This document shows, piece after piece, positions 8,472-17,653 of a DNA stretch of 64,000 nucleotides. Origin of the DNA: an uncultured SAR86 cluster bacterium (GTDB taxonomy: Bacteria > Pseudomonadota > Gammaproteobacteria > Magnimaribacterales > D2472); assembly GCA_902531245.1 (NCBI GenBank), contig CACADH010000003.1, positions 15,394 through 79,393 of the forward strand, in the 5' to 3' direction. The notes beneath the pieces are model-generated. The model saw only the letters and a program-made list of their open reading frames with translations, was not told where the DNA came from and searched no databases. The stretch's first letter is position 1. Each line of letters starts with the position of its first letter. The position numbers and the translations under genes were made by a program.

Positions 8472-9745
8472 TTTTTAAAAAAATCTAATATTGTTCTAAT
8501 GTCATCAATCGGGTTTATTGAACTATCTCCATTTCTACCAACTAATTCAATTTCTTTATTCTCAAGATATTTTTTACCAATAATTATATTTAAAGGAATT
8601 CCAATAAGCTCAGAATCGCTCATTTTTGCGCCATAGCCATCTTTTCTGTCATCCAAAAGGACATCGTAACCCATATTAGACAACTCATTGTATAGTTCCA
8701 AAGAAGCAGATGCTATCTTCTTATCTTTATCAAAGCCAATTGAGATGATATTTATATCAAAAGGAGCAATACTGTGTGGCCAAATTATTCCCTTATCATC
8801 AAAGTTTTGCTCTATCGCTGCTGCAACTAATCTTGATACACCAATACCATAGCAGCCCATATACAATGTGGAAGCTTTTCCTTCAGCATTTAAGACATTA
8901 GCTTTCATAGATTCTGCATAAAGTTTTCCAAGTTTAAAAATATGCCCAACCTCAATTCCTTTTTTAATTTGTATTGTTCCATTACCATCTGGCGAAGGTT
9001 TCCCCTCAAGTGAGCTAATATCCTCTCCATCTTTTAAAAGAAGTTCGGTATTTATTGCAAACTCTGATGAATCACTAATAGCAATTGTGTCTTCACCATT
9101 TTCAGCTAGAACATGAAATTCTTCAGAACTATCTCCACCAATTGAACCAGAATCTGCTGCAGATATTTTGTATTGGAGTCCAATTCTTTCTAAAACTTTT
9201 TTATAAGTTTCTCTCATTGCTAGGTATGTTTCTTGAAGAGATTCTTCATCAATATTAAAACTATATGAATCTTTCATTAAAAATTCTCTGCCTCTCATGA
9301 TTCCATATCTAGGCCGAACCTCATCTCTAAATTTTGTCTGAATTTGATAAATATTTAGAGGAAGTTCTTTATAACTTTTAACATTGTCTCTAATTATGTC
9401 TGTAATAACTTCTTCGTGAGTAGGACCAAGACAAAAATCTCTTTCATGTCTATCTTGAATTCTTAATAATTCTGGACCCATTTTTTCCCATCTTTTTGTT
9501 TCATCCCATAGTTCTTTAGGTTGAACCATTGGCATGAATACTTCTTGAGCACCAGAAGCATCCATTTCTTCTCTGACAATATTTTCTATCTTTTTGAGAA
9601 CTTTTAATCCTAAAGGCAACCATGTATAAATACCAGATGCTACTTTTCTTACCATTCCAGATCTAAGCATAAGTTTATGACTTATAACTTCGGCTTCTTG
9701 TGGGGCATCCTTTAAAGTTGGAACTAGTAGCTTTGAAAATAACAT
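8468..9745 (-). CDS. proS: proline--tRNA ligase (short, editing domain absent)
   Basis: LGPTHEE, QTKFRDEVRPRYG, REFLMKDSYSF, GIEVGHIF, MGCYGIGVSR; only 425 aa. Confidence 0.97.
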   Translation of the reverse strand: MLFSKLLVPTLKDAPQEAEVISHKLMLRSGMVRKVASGIYTWLPLGLKVLKKIENIVREEMDASGAQEVFMPMVQPKELWDETKRWEKMGPELLRIQDRHERDFCLGPTHEEVITDIIRDNVKSYKELPLNIYQIQTKFRDEVRPRYGIMRGREFLMKDSYSFNIDEESLQETYLAMRETYKKVLERIGLQYKISAADSGSIGGDSSEEFHVLAENGEDTIAISDSSEFAINTELLLKDGEDISSLEGKPSPDGNGTIQIKKGIEVGHIFKLGKLYAESMKANVLNAEGKASTLYMGCYGIGVSRLVAAAIEQNFDDKGIIWPHSIAPFDINIISIGFDKDKKIASASLELYNELSNMGYDVLLDDRKDGYGAKMSDSELIGIPLNIIIGKKYLENKEIELVGRNGDSSINPIDDIRTILDFFKN

Positions 9746-9776
9746 AGTTTATAATTTTATCTTTTTTTGAAGACTT

Positions 9777-10070
9777 ATGCCGATTTATGACTATAAATGT
9801 TCCAAATGTGGACATCAAATGGAAGTTATGCAGAAGATCAGTGATGATCCTAAAACAGTATGTCCAAAATGTGGTAATAAAAGTTTAAAGAAACTTATAT
9901 CAGCACCATCATTTAGATTAAAGGGAAGTGGTTGGTATGAAACTGACTTTAAAACAGGTAAAAAGAAGAATATTTCATCAAATGAATCGTCAAAAAGTGA
10001 TAAATCAATAGAAACTTCAAAAACAAACTCCAAGAAAGACTCTAAACAAGATAAAATTAAGGATAAATAG
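9777..10070 (+). CDS. FmdB family zinc-ribbon protein
   Basis: MPIYDYKC..C...CP.C...FRLKGSGWYETDF; usual position before aspS. Confidence 0.9.
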   Translation: MPIYDYKCSKCGHQMEVMQKISDDPKTVCPKCGNKSLKKLISAPSFRLKGSGWYETDFKTGKKKNISSNESSKSDKSIETSKTNSKKDSKQDKIKDK

Positions 10071-10079
10071 GGAATAATC

Positions 10080-11846
10080 ATGAAATCTCATTATTGTGGC
10101 GAAATAACATCCTCGAATCTTAAAGAAGAAGTAATGATTTGTGGCTGGGTTCATAGAAGAAGGGATCATGGAGGAGTAATATTTTTAGACATTAGAGACA
10201 TAAGAGGTATATGTCAGGCAGTCGTCAATCCAGATAATGCAAAATCATTTCAATTAGCAGAATCAATTAGGAATGAATATGTGGTGCAAATTAAAGGAAG
10301 TGTAAGAAAAAGATTAGAAGGAACTATTAATAAAAATATGCATACAGGCGAAATTGAGATTGAAGTAGGCGACTTAACAATTCTAAGCAAAGCCAAAACT
10401 CCAGTATTTCCAATTGATGAATACCAAGAGGTTAACGAAGATGTAAGACTTAAAAATCGAGTTTTAGATTTAAGAAGGCCTGAGATGAACGAAAGAATTA
10501 TAACCAGATCTAAAATAACTTCTTTAATAAGGAACTTTTTAGATAAAAATGATTTCCATGAAATTGAAACTCCTATATTAACCAAGGCAACACCAGAAGG
10601 AGCTAGGGATTATATTCTTCCAAGTAGAGTTCAACCAGGAAGCTTCTATGCTCTCCCACAGTCACCTCAACTATTTAAACAACTTCTTATGATAGGAGGT
10701 TTAGATAAATACTATCAAATAGCTAGATGTTTTAGGGATGAAGACTTAAGAGCAGACAGACAACCAGAGTTTACACAAATTGATATCGAAGCTTCTTTTA
10801 TAGATCAAGAAGAAATAATGAGTATTAGTGAAAAAATGATAAAAAATATCATTAAAGATTTTTGTGGAGATAAGCTAGAAAAATTTGAAGTTATCGATTG
10901 GCATGATGCAATGCGAGATTATGGATGTGATAAACCTGACTTAAGAATACCGTTAAGTTTGGTTGAAATTTCTGAGCAGGTAAAAGATGAAGAATTTAAA
11001 GTATTTTCTGAACCTGCATCTAAAAAAGGATCCAGAGTAGTTGCTTTAAAAGTACCTAATGGTAATTCATTATCAAGAGGACAAATAGATGATTACACTA
11101 AATTTGTATCCAAACTTGGAGCCAAAGGTTTGGCATATATAAAGATTAATGATGTAAAGGATTTAGAAAATGGCATCCAGTCTCCAATTCTTAAATTTTT
11201 AAAACCACAAACAGTAGAAAACATAATTAAGTCTTTAGATATTTCAACAGATGACTTAATTTTCTTTGGTGCAGGAAAAGAATCAGTTGTTAATTTATCA
11301 ATGAGTTCTTTGATTAAGAAACTTGGTGAAGACCTTGATTTATATTCTAAAAAATGGGCGCCTTGCTGGGTGGTTAACTTTCCGATGTTTGAAATTAATA
11401 ACGAAGGTAATCTAACACCTTTACATCACCCATTTACATTACCAAAATGTTCAATCAAAGGGATACAAGATAACCCTGATGAGGCAATCGCATACGCATA
11501 TGATGTTGTTTTAAACGGATATGAAATAGGGGGAGGGTCTTTAAGAATATTTGATACTTTAATGCAAAAAGCTATTTTTGATGTTTTAAATATCTCAAAA
11601 GATGAAGCAGAAAGTAAATTTGGATTTTTATTAAAAGCGCTTTCCTCAGGATGTCCACCTCATGGAGGTATAGCATTTGGTCTTGATAGAATTGTTATGC
11701 TTGTAACTGATACTTCAAATATAAGAGACGTCATTGCTTTTCCAAAAACACAAAGTGCGTCATGTTTGCTAACCGATGCGCCAAGTAAAGTAGATAAAGA
11801 TCAACTCGATGAGTTAAAAATAATAAGTACTCATAAGGAAGAATAA
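10080..11846 (+). CDS. aspS: aspartate--tRNA ligase
   Basis: RRRDHGGVIF, TPEGARDY, LPQSPQLFKQ, FRDEDLRADRQPEFTQID, PPHGGIAFGLDR. The HGG loop suggests the non-discriminating Asp/Asn type. Confidence 0.98.
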   Translation: MKSHYCGEITSSNLKEEVMICGWVHRRRDHGGVIFLDIRDIRGICQAVVNPDNAKSFQLAESIRNEYVVQIKGSVRKRLEGTINKNMHTGEIEIEVGDLTILSKAKTPVFPIDEYQEVNEDVRLKNRVLDLRRPEMNERIITRSKITSLIRNFLDKNDFHEIETPILTKATPEGARDYILPSRVQPGSFYALPQSPQLFKQLLMIGGLDKYYQIARCFRDEDLRADRQPEFTQIDIEASFIDQEEIMSISEKMIKNIIKDFCGDKLEKFEVIDWHDAMRDYGCDKPDLRIPLSLVEISEQVKDEEFKVFSEPASKKGSRVVALKVPNGNSLSRGQIDDYTKFVSKLGAKGLAYIKINDVKDLENGIQSPILKFLKPQTVENIIKSLDISTDDLIFFGAGKESVVNLSMSSLIKKLGEDLDLYSKKWAPCWVVNFPMFEINNEGNLTPLHHPFTLPKCSIKGIQDNPDEAIAYAYDVVLNGYEIGGGSLRIFDTLMQKAIFDVLNISKDEAESKFGFLLKALSSGCPPHGGIAFGLDRIVMLVTDTSNIRDVIAFPKTQSASCLLTDAPSKVDKDQLDELKIISTHKEE

Positions 11847-11849
11847 TTT

Positions 11850-12587
11850 ATGGCTGGTCATTCAAAGTGGGCAAACATAAAACACAGAAAAGCCAGACAG
11901 GATGCATCGAGAGGTAAGGTTTGGACAAAAGTTATTAGAGAAATAACTGTAGCCGCAAAAGATGGGCCTGACCCAAATGATAATCCTAGATTGAGATTAG
12001 CTCTTGAAAAAGCAAACGCGGCTAATATGCCAAAAGATACAATTAAAAGAGCTATTGAAAAGGGTTCAGGTACCGGCGAAACAGGTCAATTAGAAGAAAT
12101 TGTTTTTGAGGGCTATGGACCTGGTGGAGTAGCAATTTTGGTTGAAACTATGACTGACAATAGAAACAGAACTGTTTCAGATGTTAGACATGCTTTCTCA
12201 AAATTTGGAGGAAATCTTGGTACAGATGGATCAGTTTCATATTTATTTAAAAAGCTTGGTTTGATTCATATTAATAAAGAATTTTCTGAAGAAAAACTAA
12301 TGGAAGTAGTCATTGAGTCGGGTGCAATTGACATTACTAATGAAGAAGATTTTTTTGAAGTGACAACTGAGCCAAATGATTTTAATAAAATTATAGATAT
12401 TTTTAAGCAAAATGAGATTAAATATCTAAATGCAGAATTAACTTTACGAGCTGAGACCCTCGTAAGTTTAGATAATGAAATGTCAGAAAAAGTTTTAAAT
12501 ATAATGGAATTCATGGATGACCTTGATGATGTTCAAGAAGTTCATACCAACGCTGAATTCCCTGATAATTTTGAGGCTAAGGATTAA
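11850..12587 (+). CDS. yebC: YebC/PmpR family protein
   Basis: MAGHSKWANIKHRK, EGYGPGG, TDNRNRT, DDLDDVQEV. Confidence 0.97.
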   Translation: MAGHSKWANIKHRKARQDASRGKVWTKVIREITVAAKDGPDPNDNPRLRLALEKANAANMPKDTIKRAIEKGSGTGETGQLEEIVFEGYGPGGVAILVETMTDNRNRTVSDVRHAFSKFGGNLGTDGSVSYLFKKLGLIHINKEFSEEKLMEVVIESGAIDITNEEDFFEVTTEPNDFNKIIDIFKQNEIKYLNAELTLRAETLVSLDNEMSEKVLNIMEFMDDLDDVQEVHTNAEFPDNFEAKD

Positions 12588-12590
12588 ATT

Positions 12591-13016
12591 TTGTCTATAA
12601 ATTCAAGAAATAAAGGTGCTGCATTCGAAAGGCAAATAGCAAATGCACTTATAGATGATTTAAATCTAAAAAATCCTGTTAAAAGAATTCTTGAACAAAC
12701 TAGAACTAAAGAGCTGCCAGATCTTACACTTGGAAGATGGTGTATTGAATGTAAAGCCTATGGAACAGGTGCAGAGCCTAGACCTGATTGGTGGGAGCAA
12801 GTTCTTGCATCTTCAAGCGCAGAGGGATCAATGCCAGCGCTTGTCTACAAATTTAATAACAGACCAATAAAAGTTCGAATTCTTGCTAACTCAATTAATA
12901 AGAATATAAAAAATAATCTTGTGACAATCGATTTGTTATGGCCAGATTTTATTCAAATAATATTAGAACTATTTCAAGAGGACATAGAGCTTCATGAGCA
13001 AAATTATCAAGTGTGA
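12591..13016 (+). CDS. PD-(D/E)XK nuclease, putative Holliday junction resolvase (phage/Hjc-like)
   Basis: NSRNKGAAFERQIA helix, LPDL, CIECK catalytic motif, WWEQ...PALVYK; TTG start 3 bp after yebC. Confidence 0.75.
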   Translation: MSINSRNKGAAFERQIANALIDDLNLKNPVKRILEQTRTKELPDLTLGRWCIECKAYGTGAEPRPDWWEQVLASSSAEGSMPALVYKFNNRPIKVRILANSINKNIKNNLVTIDLLWPDFIQIILELFQEDIELHEQNYQV

Positions 13017-13404
13017 TGATCTAAATTATAAAGTCTATGTTGAAGATACCGATTTTCAAGGTTTTGTTTATCATGCAAATTATGTGAAATATTTTGAGAG
13101 ATCAAGGTCAGAATTTTTGTCAAAAAATGGAATACTACATAAAAAATTAATAAAGGCTGACACAGCCTTTGTTATAAAAAGAATCGAACTTTATTATAAA
13201 TCACCTGCTGAACTTGGAGATGAAATAATTGTCCAATCTAGTGTTGAAAAAAAGTCTGATGCAAGAATGATTTTTTATCAAAAAGTTATTAACAAAAAAA
13301 ATAATAAAGAGCATGTAAATGGAGAAGTAGAAGTGTGTTTTATTAATCTCATCACAAAAAAACCACAAAAGTTTCCGAATGATTTATTATTAATTTTTAA
13401 GTAG
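12994..13404 (+). CDS. ybgC: tol-pal associated acyl-CoA thioesterase YbgC
   Basis: VYVEDTDFQGFVYHANYVKYFERSRSE; first gene of the tol-pal cluster. Confidence 0.92.
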   Translation: MSKIIKCDDLNYKVYVEDTDFQGFVYHANYVKYFERSRSEFLSKNGILHKKLIKADTAFVIKRIELYYKSPAELGDEIIVQSSVEKKSDARMIFYQKVINKKNNKEHVNGEVEVCFINLITKKPQKFPNDLLLIFK

Positions 13405-13412
13405 GAAAAACT

Positions 13413-14084
13413 ATGGATGATATTTCAGTTTTAAATCTTTTTCTTGAAGCAGGAATGGTTGTAAAGATTGTCATGTTATTGCTTTTTATTGCTTCAATTT
13501 TATCTTGGATAGTTATTGTTGAAAGATATAATTTTTTTAGAAAGATAAAAAGTGATAATGATAATTTTCTAAAAACTTTTTGGAGTGGTAAAGATTTAGA
13601 TATTTTATATAAAGAAGTATCAAAAGAATCTTCACTTTATGGAGCTAAGAATCTTTTTAAGAATTCATTTGATGAGTTTTCTGCAATTAATTTAGAAGAT
13701 AATATTTCAGAATTTGATCTTGAGAGTATCAATAGATCAATGAGAGTCTCGATTGCTTCAGATGAAGAAGAGATGAATAAACATCTATCTTTTTTAGCCA
13801 ATGTTGGTTCAGTTAGTCCATATGTGGGATTATTAGGAACAGTTTGGGGTATCATGACATCTTTTCAAGGCTTATCTGACGCCACTCAGGCCACAATAAA
13901 TGCTGTTGCACCTGGTATCTCAGAAGCATTAATAGCAACTGGTATGGGATTATTTGCAGCAATTCCTGCTGTAGTAGCATTTAACAAATTTACTTCTGAA
14001 TCAGAGACAATTAGCCAGAGTACATTAATTTTTGCAGAGGAACTAGCAAGTATTTTTTATAAAAAATCAATTAATAAAAAATAA
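13413..14084 (+). CDS. tolQ: TolQ
   Basis: SPYVGLLGTVWGIM, VAPGISEALIATGMGLFAAIPAV. Confidence 0.96.
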   Translation: MDDISVLNLFLEAGMVVKIVMLLLFIASILSWIVIVERYNFFRKIKSDNDNFLKTFWSGKDLDILYKEVSKESSLYGAKNLFKNSFDEFSAINLEDNISEFDLESINRSMRVSIASDEEEMNKHLSFLANVGSVSPYVGLLGTVWGIMTSFQGLSDATQATINAVAPGISEALIATGMGLFAAIPAVVAFNKFTSESETISQSTLIFAEELASIFYKKSINKK

Positions 14085-14506
14085 TGATTTATAGACTGGC
14101 AAAGAAGAAGAACCTTAAAGCTGAAATTAATGTAGTTCCTTATATTGATGTAATGCTTGTTTTATTAATTATATTTATGGTTCTATCGCCACTTTTAATA
14201 CAAGGCATCGAAGTGAATTTACCTCAAACGGATACTACTAAAATGACAGTGCAAAATGAGCCACTTGTGATTTCAATTAACAAAGAAGGTAATTATTTTA
14301 TCAATGTTGGAGATGAATCTTTATCAATAAATCTAGAGGAACTAAAAAGAAAATCTAAAGTGATTTTTGATGCCAATCCTGATATTGAGGTGGTCTTTCA
14401 AAGCGACAAGGATGTTGCTTTTGATTTTGTAGCTAAAGGTATGGCTTCTGTTCAGAGTGTTGGAATATCTAAAATTGGTATCGTAACGTCAGGTTATGAG
14501 AATTAA
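14084..14506 (+). CDS. tolR: TolR
   Basis: AEINVVPYIDVMLVLLIIFM TM segment plus periplasmic domain. Confidence 0.95.
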   Translation: MIYRLAKKKNLKAEINVVPYIDVMLVLLIIFMVLSPLLIQGIEVNLPQTDTTKMTVQNEPLVISINKEGNYFINVGDESLSINLEELKRKSKVIFDANPDIEVVFQSDKDVAFDFVAKGMASVQSVGISKIGIVTSGYEN

Positions 14507-15122
14507 TAAAATATATTTAGAGGCATCTTTTATTTCATTTTTGATTCACGCATCAATCATTTTATATCTTCTCGGATATTTATATTTTGAAGCTAAAGAA
14601 AGATCTATCTTAAGCAGACCAATAGAAGTTAATTTAGTATTTAAAGATGAAGTTCTGATCAAAAGTAATGCAATTCAGATACAAGAAATTAAGATTGAGG
14701 ACTTAAAAGAGAGTACTCAGATCTCTCAAGATATAGTCACTGAAAAATCTATTTCATTCGATTCTCTTATTCCATCAACAAGTTTTGAAGATCTACTAAG
14801 AGAAGACAGTCTTATATCTCAAGAGTCTGAACAAAGCCAAGTAGAATTATTTAGTTCTTTAATCATTCAAAGTTTACAGTCAGCATGGCGAAAGCCTATC
14901 AATATTCAGGATGGGCTTATATGCGACTTGAGGATAACGATTAATAAAAACGGGAGAATTATAAATGTTAATCTTATCAAAAGTAGTGGAAATATAAGAT
15001 TTGATAACTCGGCTTTAATGGCAGTGCAAAGAATTGAAACTTTTAATTTTTTTAATAGCATTCCTTACAACATATATTTATCTAATTTTAAAAATATTGT
15101 TATAACATTTAACCCATCATGA
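14496..15122 (+). CDS. tolA: TolA (short)
   Basis: TM with SxxxH (SFLIH) and C-terminal domain (W..P...KSSGNIRFDNSAL.AV); lies between tolR and tolB. Confidence 0.8.
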   Translation: MRINKIYLEASFISFLIHASIILYLLGYLYFEAKERSILSRPIEVNLVFKDEVLIKSNAIQIQEIKIEDLKESTQISQDIVTEKSISFDSLIPSTSFEDLLREDSLISQESEQSQVELFSSLIIQSLQSAWRKPINIQDGLICDLRITINKNGRIINVNLIKSSGNIRFDNSALMAVQRIETFNFFNSIPYNIYLSNFKNIVITFNPS

Positions 15123-16375
15123 AAAAGACATTTTTAATATTGATATTTTCTAATTTTTTATTATCTGAGCTTGTTCTAGAGATCACTCAAGGAACAGAAG
15201 ATCCTTATAGAGTTGCATTAGTCCCATTTAAAGGAGATAAAGAAATTAGCGACACTTTGAACGATGTTATTCAAAACAATCTAATTAGATCTGGTGAATT
15301 TAAAATATTCGAAAGTGAAAAATTACTTTCTTTACCAAATAATGAAGAAGAAATTGTTTTTAATGACTTTAAAATTTTAAATATTGACTATTTGGTTATG
15401 GGAGAAATTCTTACTGAAGGATCAAATATCTCAGCTGAATATCAGGTTATTGACATTAAAAAAGGTTCAAAAGTTAGAACGTCAACAGTTTATGGCATTC
15501 CTAACAAGAATAGACAGCTTGGTCATTATATAAGTGATGGTATCTATGAAGAGATTACTGGAATTAAGGGTATAGCTGCTACAAAGATTCTCTATGTTAC
15601 ACAAAAAGAGGATTTTAATTTAGTTATTGCTGATGCTGATGGGGCTAATGAACAAATCCTACTTAAAAGCACAGAGCCAATTATTTCTCCTGTATGGTCT
15701 CCAGACTCAAAAAAAGTTGCATATGTTTCGTTCGAAACCGGAATGGCAAAAGTTTTTATTCAAGAAATAGCTTCAGGAAAAAGAGAAATTGTAATTGAAA
15801 ATTCATTTCAAATAAGTTCACCATCATTTTCACCAGATGGAAAATTTTTATCTTTAACAATGTATCAAGACGGTAATGCAGAAATTTATATTCTTAATTT
15901 AAAAAATAAAAACCTTACAAGATTAACAAATCATTATTCTATTGATACTGAGTCCTCGTGGTCACCAAGAGGCTCAAAAATCTTATTTACTTCTGGTCGG
16001 TCTGGATCTCCACAACTTTACGAATTAGAATTAAGAAGATTCAATTCAAGACCTAAAAGGTTAACTTTTGATGGTAATTACAATGCTAAAGGAGCCTATT
16101 TACCAAATAATGAAGGAATTGTATTTGTTCACAGAGCAAATACGAATTTTCAAATAGCAATTAAATATTTTGATGAAAATTTTATCAGGCCTCTTACTGA
16201 GGCTCAAATGGATGAATCTCCTAGCATTTCACCTAATGGAAATGTTATAGTCTACTCTATAACAGACGAGGGCATGGGATTGCTTTCTGGGGTGACTTTA
16301 AGTGGCGCTAAGTTTAGATTACCTGCTAAAAAAGGAGCTGTAAGGGAACCATCCTGGTCAGGATTTTTAAGATAA
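15119..16375 (+). CDS. tolB: Tol-Pal beta-propeller protein TolB
   Basis: Signal peptide, repeated SPxWSPD/PSFSPDG propeller motifs, AYVSFE. Confidence 0.95.
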   Translation: MKKTFLILIFSNFLLSELVLEITQGTEDPYRVALVPFKGDKEISDTLNDVIQNNLIRSGEFKIFESEKLLSLPNNEEEIVFNDFKILNIDYLVMGEILTEGSNISAEYQVIDIKKGSKVRTSTVYGIPNKNRQLGHYISDGIYEEITGIKGIAATKILYVTQKEDFNLVIADADGANEQILLKSTEPIISPVWSPDSKKVAYVSFETGMAKVFIQEIASGKREIVIENSFQISSPSFSPDGKFLSLTMYQDGNAEIYILNLKNKNLTRLTNHYSIDTESSWSPRGSKILFTSGRSGSPQLYELELRRFNSRPKRLTFDGNYNAKGAYLPNNEGIVFVHRANTNFQIAIKYFDENFIRPLTEAQMDESPSISPNGNVIVYSITDEGMGLLSGVTLSGAKFRLPAKKGAVREPSWSGFLR

Positions 16376-16391
16376 TATTAATGGAGTAAAT

Positions 16392-16880
16392 ATGTTTATT
16401 TTTAGAAATAAATTAAATTTTTTAATTGTTATAATTTTTTTGTCATCTTGTTCAAGCATGAACGTAACTCAAGAAAAAGTTAATTCTGGGGGAGTAAAAA
16501 CAGTAGAAGCAACATCTATAAATAATGAAAATATAAGATATGACAGCATGGCAGTTTTTGCTAATGCAACTATATATTTTGAATTTGATAAATCAAATTT
16601 AACAAGCAAATCAATTCAAACACTAAAAAGTACTGTTAATGCTTTAAATGATAATTCTTCTATTCAAATCACACTTTCTGGTCATGCTGATGAAAGAGGA
16701 ACAAGAGAATATAACCTGGCATTGGGTCAGAGAAGAGCTGAAACAGTAAGTGATTACCTTGTTCTTAATGGAATTAGTAAAAACAGAATTACTGTAAAAA
16801 GTTATGGTGAAGAAAGACCTGCGGTGTTAGGCCAAGATGAAAAAAGCTATTCAAAAAATAGAAGAGTTGAAATCAATTAA
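16392..16880 (+). CDS. pal: peptidoglycan-associated lipoprotein Pal
   Basis: Lipobox LSSC; GHADERGTREYNLALGQRRA; SYGEERP; NRRVE. Confidence 0.96.
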   Translation: MFIFRNKLNFLIVIIFLSSCSSMNVTQEKVNSGGVKTVEATSINNENIRYDSMAVFANATIYFEFDKSNLTSKSIQTLKSTVNALNDNSSIQITLSGHADERGTREYNLALGQRRAETVSDYLVLNGISKNRITVKSYGEERPAVLGQDEKSYSKNRRVEIN

Positions 16881-17539
16881 TGAATTGCAAAATTTGTTTA
16901 TTTAAATATTTCTATTTTTGTTTGTTTCTGATTCCCTTAGTAACTGCTAATGAGAATGAAGAAGCCAAAACAGATATCCTTTTCTTAAAGATTCAAGAGC
17001 TAGAATCTGAAATTGCAGACTTAAGAAACAAAATTGAATCTCAAAACTATCTGATCGAGAAATTAATAAAAGAATCTATAAATACCGATGAAAAAGAGAC
17101 TTTAAGTAATTTAGAGGATTTAACCTTAAATGCAGATATTAGATTTGAAGGTGTTGAAGATCTTGAAAGCAAAGATCAAGTTTATTCAGCTGCCATTAAT
17201 GCACTAGAAAATCAAAGTTTTGAAGAGTCACTAAATTTATTTAAGTATTTTGTTGAAAGCTTTAATGATGAAGAAAAAACACCTCTTTCTTATTTTTGGC
17301 TAGGAGAGATTTGTTTAATAAATAACGATTTAGAGAAATCTAATGACTATTTTATGGAACTAATAAGTTCTTATCCAAATCATTACAGAGTTCCATTAGC
17401 TCATAAAAAAATAGGAGATATTTTTCTTAGATCAAATGAAATTGAAAATGCAAAAGATAAATATAATTTTGTTGTAAGGGAATTCCCAAATAATACTGCC
17501 TCATCCTTAGCCTTGCAGTTATTGAAAAATATGGAATAA
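16880..17539 (+). CDS. cpoB: tol-pal TPR protein CpoB/YbgF
   Basis: Signal peptide, coiled coil, TPR repeats (YFWLGE); follows pal. Confidence 0.85.
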   Translation: MNCKICLFKYFYFCLFLIPLVTANENEEAKTDILFLKIQELESEIADLRNKIESQNYLIEKLIKESINTDEKETLSNLEDLTLNADIRFEGVEDLESKDQVYSAAINALENQSFEESLNLFKYFVESFNDEEKTPLSYFWLGEICLINNDLEKSNDYFMELISSYPNHYRVPLAHKKIGDIFLRSNEIENAKDKYNFVVREFPNNTASSLALQLLKNME

Positions 17540-17562
17540 TCACCATCTTTATGTATTACTGT

Positions 17563-17638
17563 GGGTCGCTAGCTCAGCTGGTAGAGCAGTTGGCTTTTAA
17601 CCAATTGGTCACAGGTTCGAATCCTGTGCGACCCACCA
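17563..17638 (+). tRNA. tRNA-Lys(UUU)
   Basis: 76 nt: GGGTCGC acceptor stem, D arm AGCTCAGCTGGTAGAGC, anticodon arm GTTGG-CTTTTAA-CCAAT, T arm GGTTCGAATCC, encoded CCA. Confidence 0.98.
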
Positions 17639-17653
17639 CTTTAGGAGATATTT

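Noticed and set aside
12591-13016. Prophage remnant around the phage-like nuclease
   Set aside because: It is a single gene tightly embedded between core genes with no other phage genes; treated as a domesticated gene instead.
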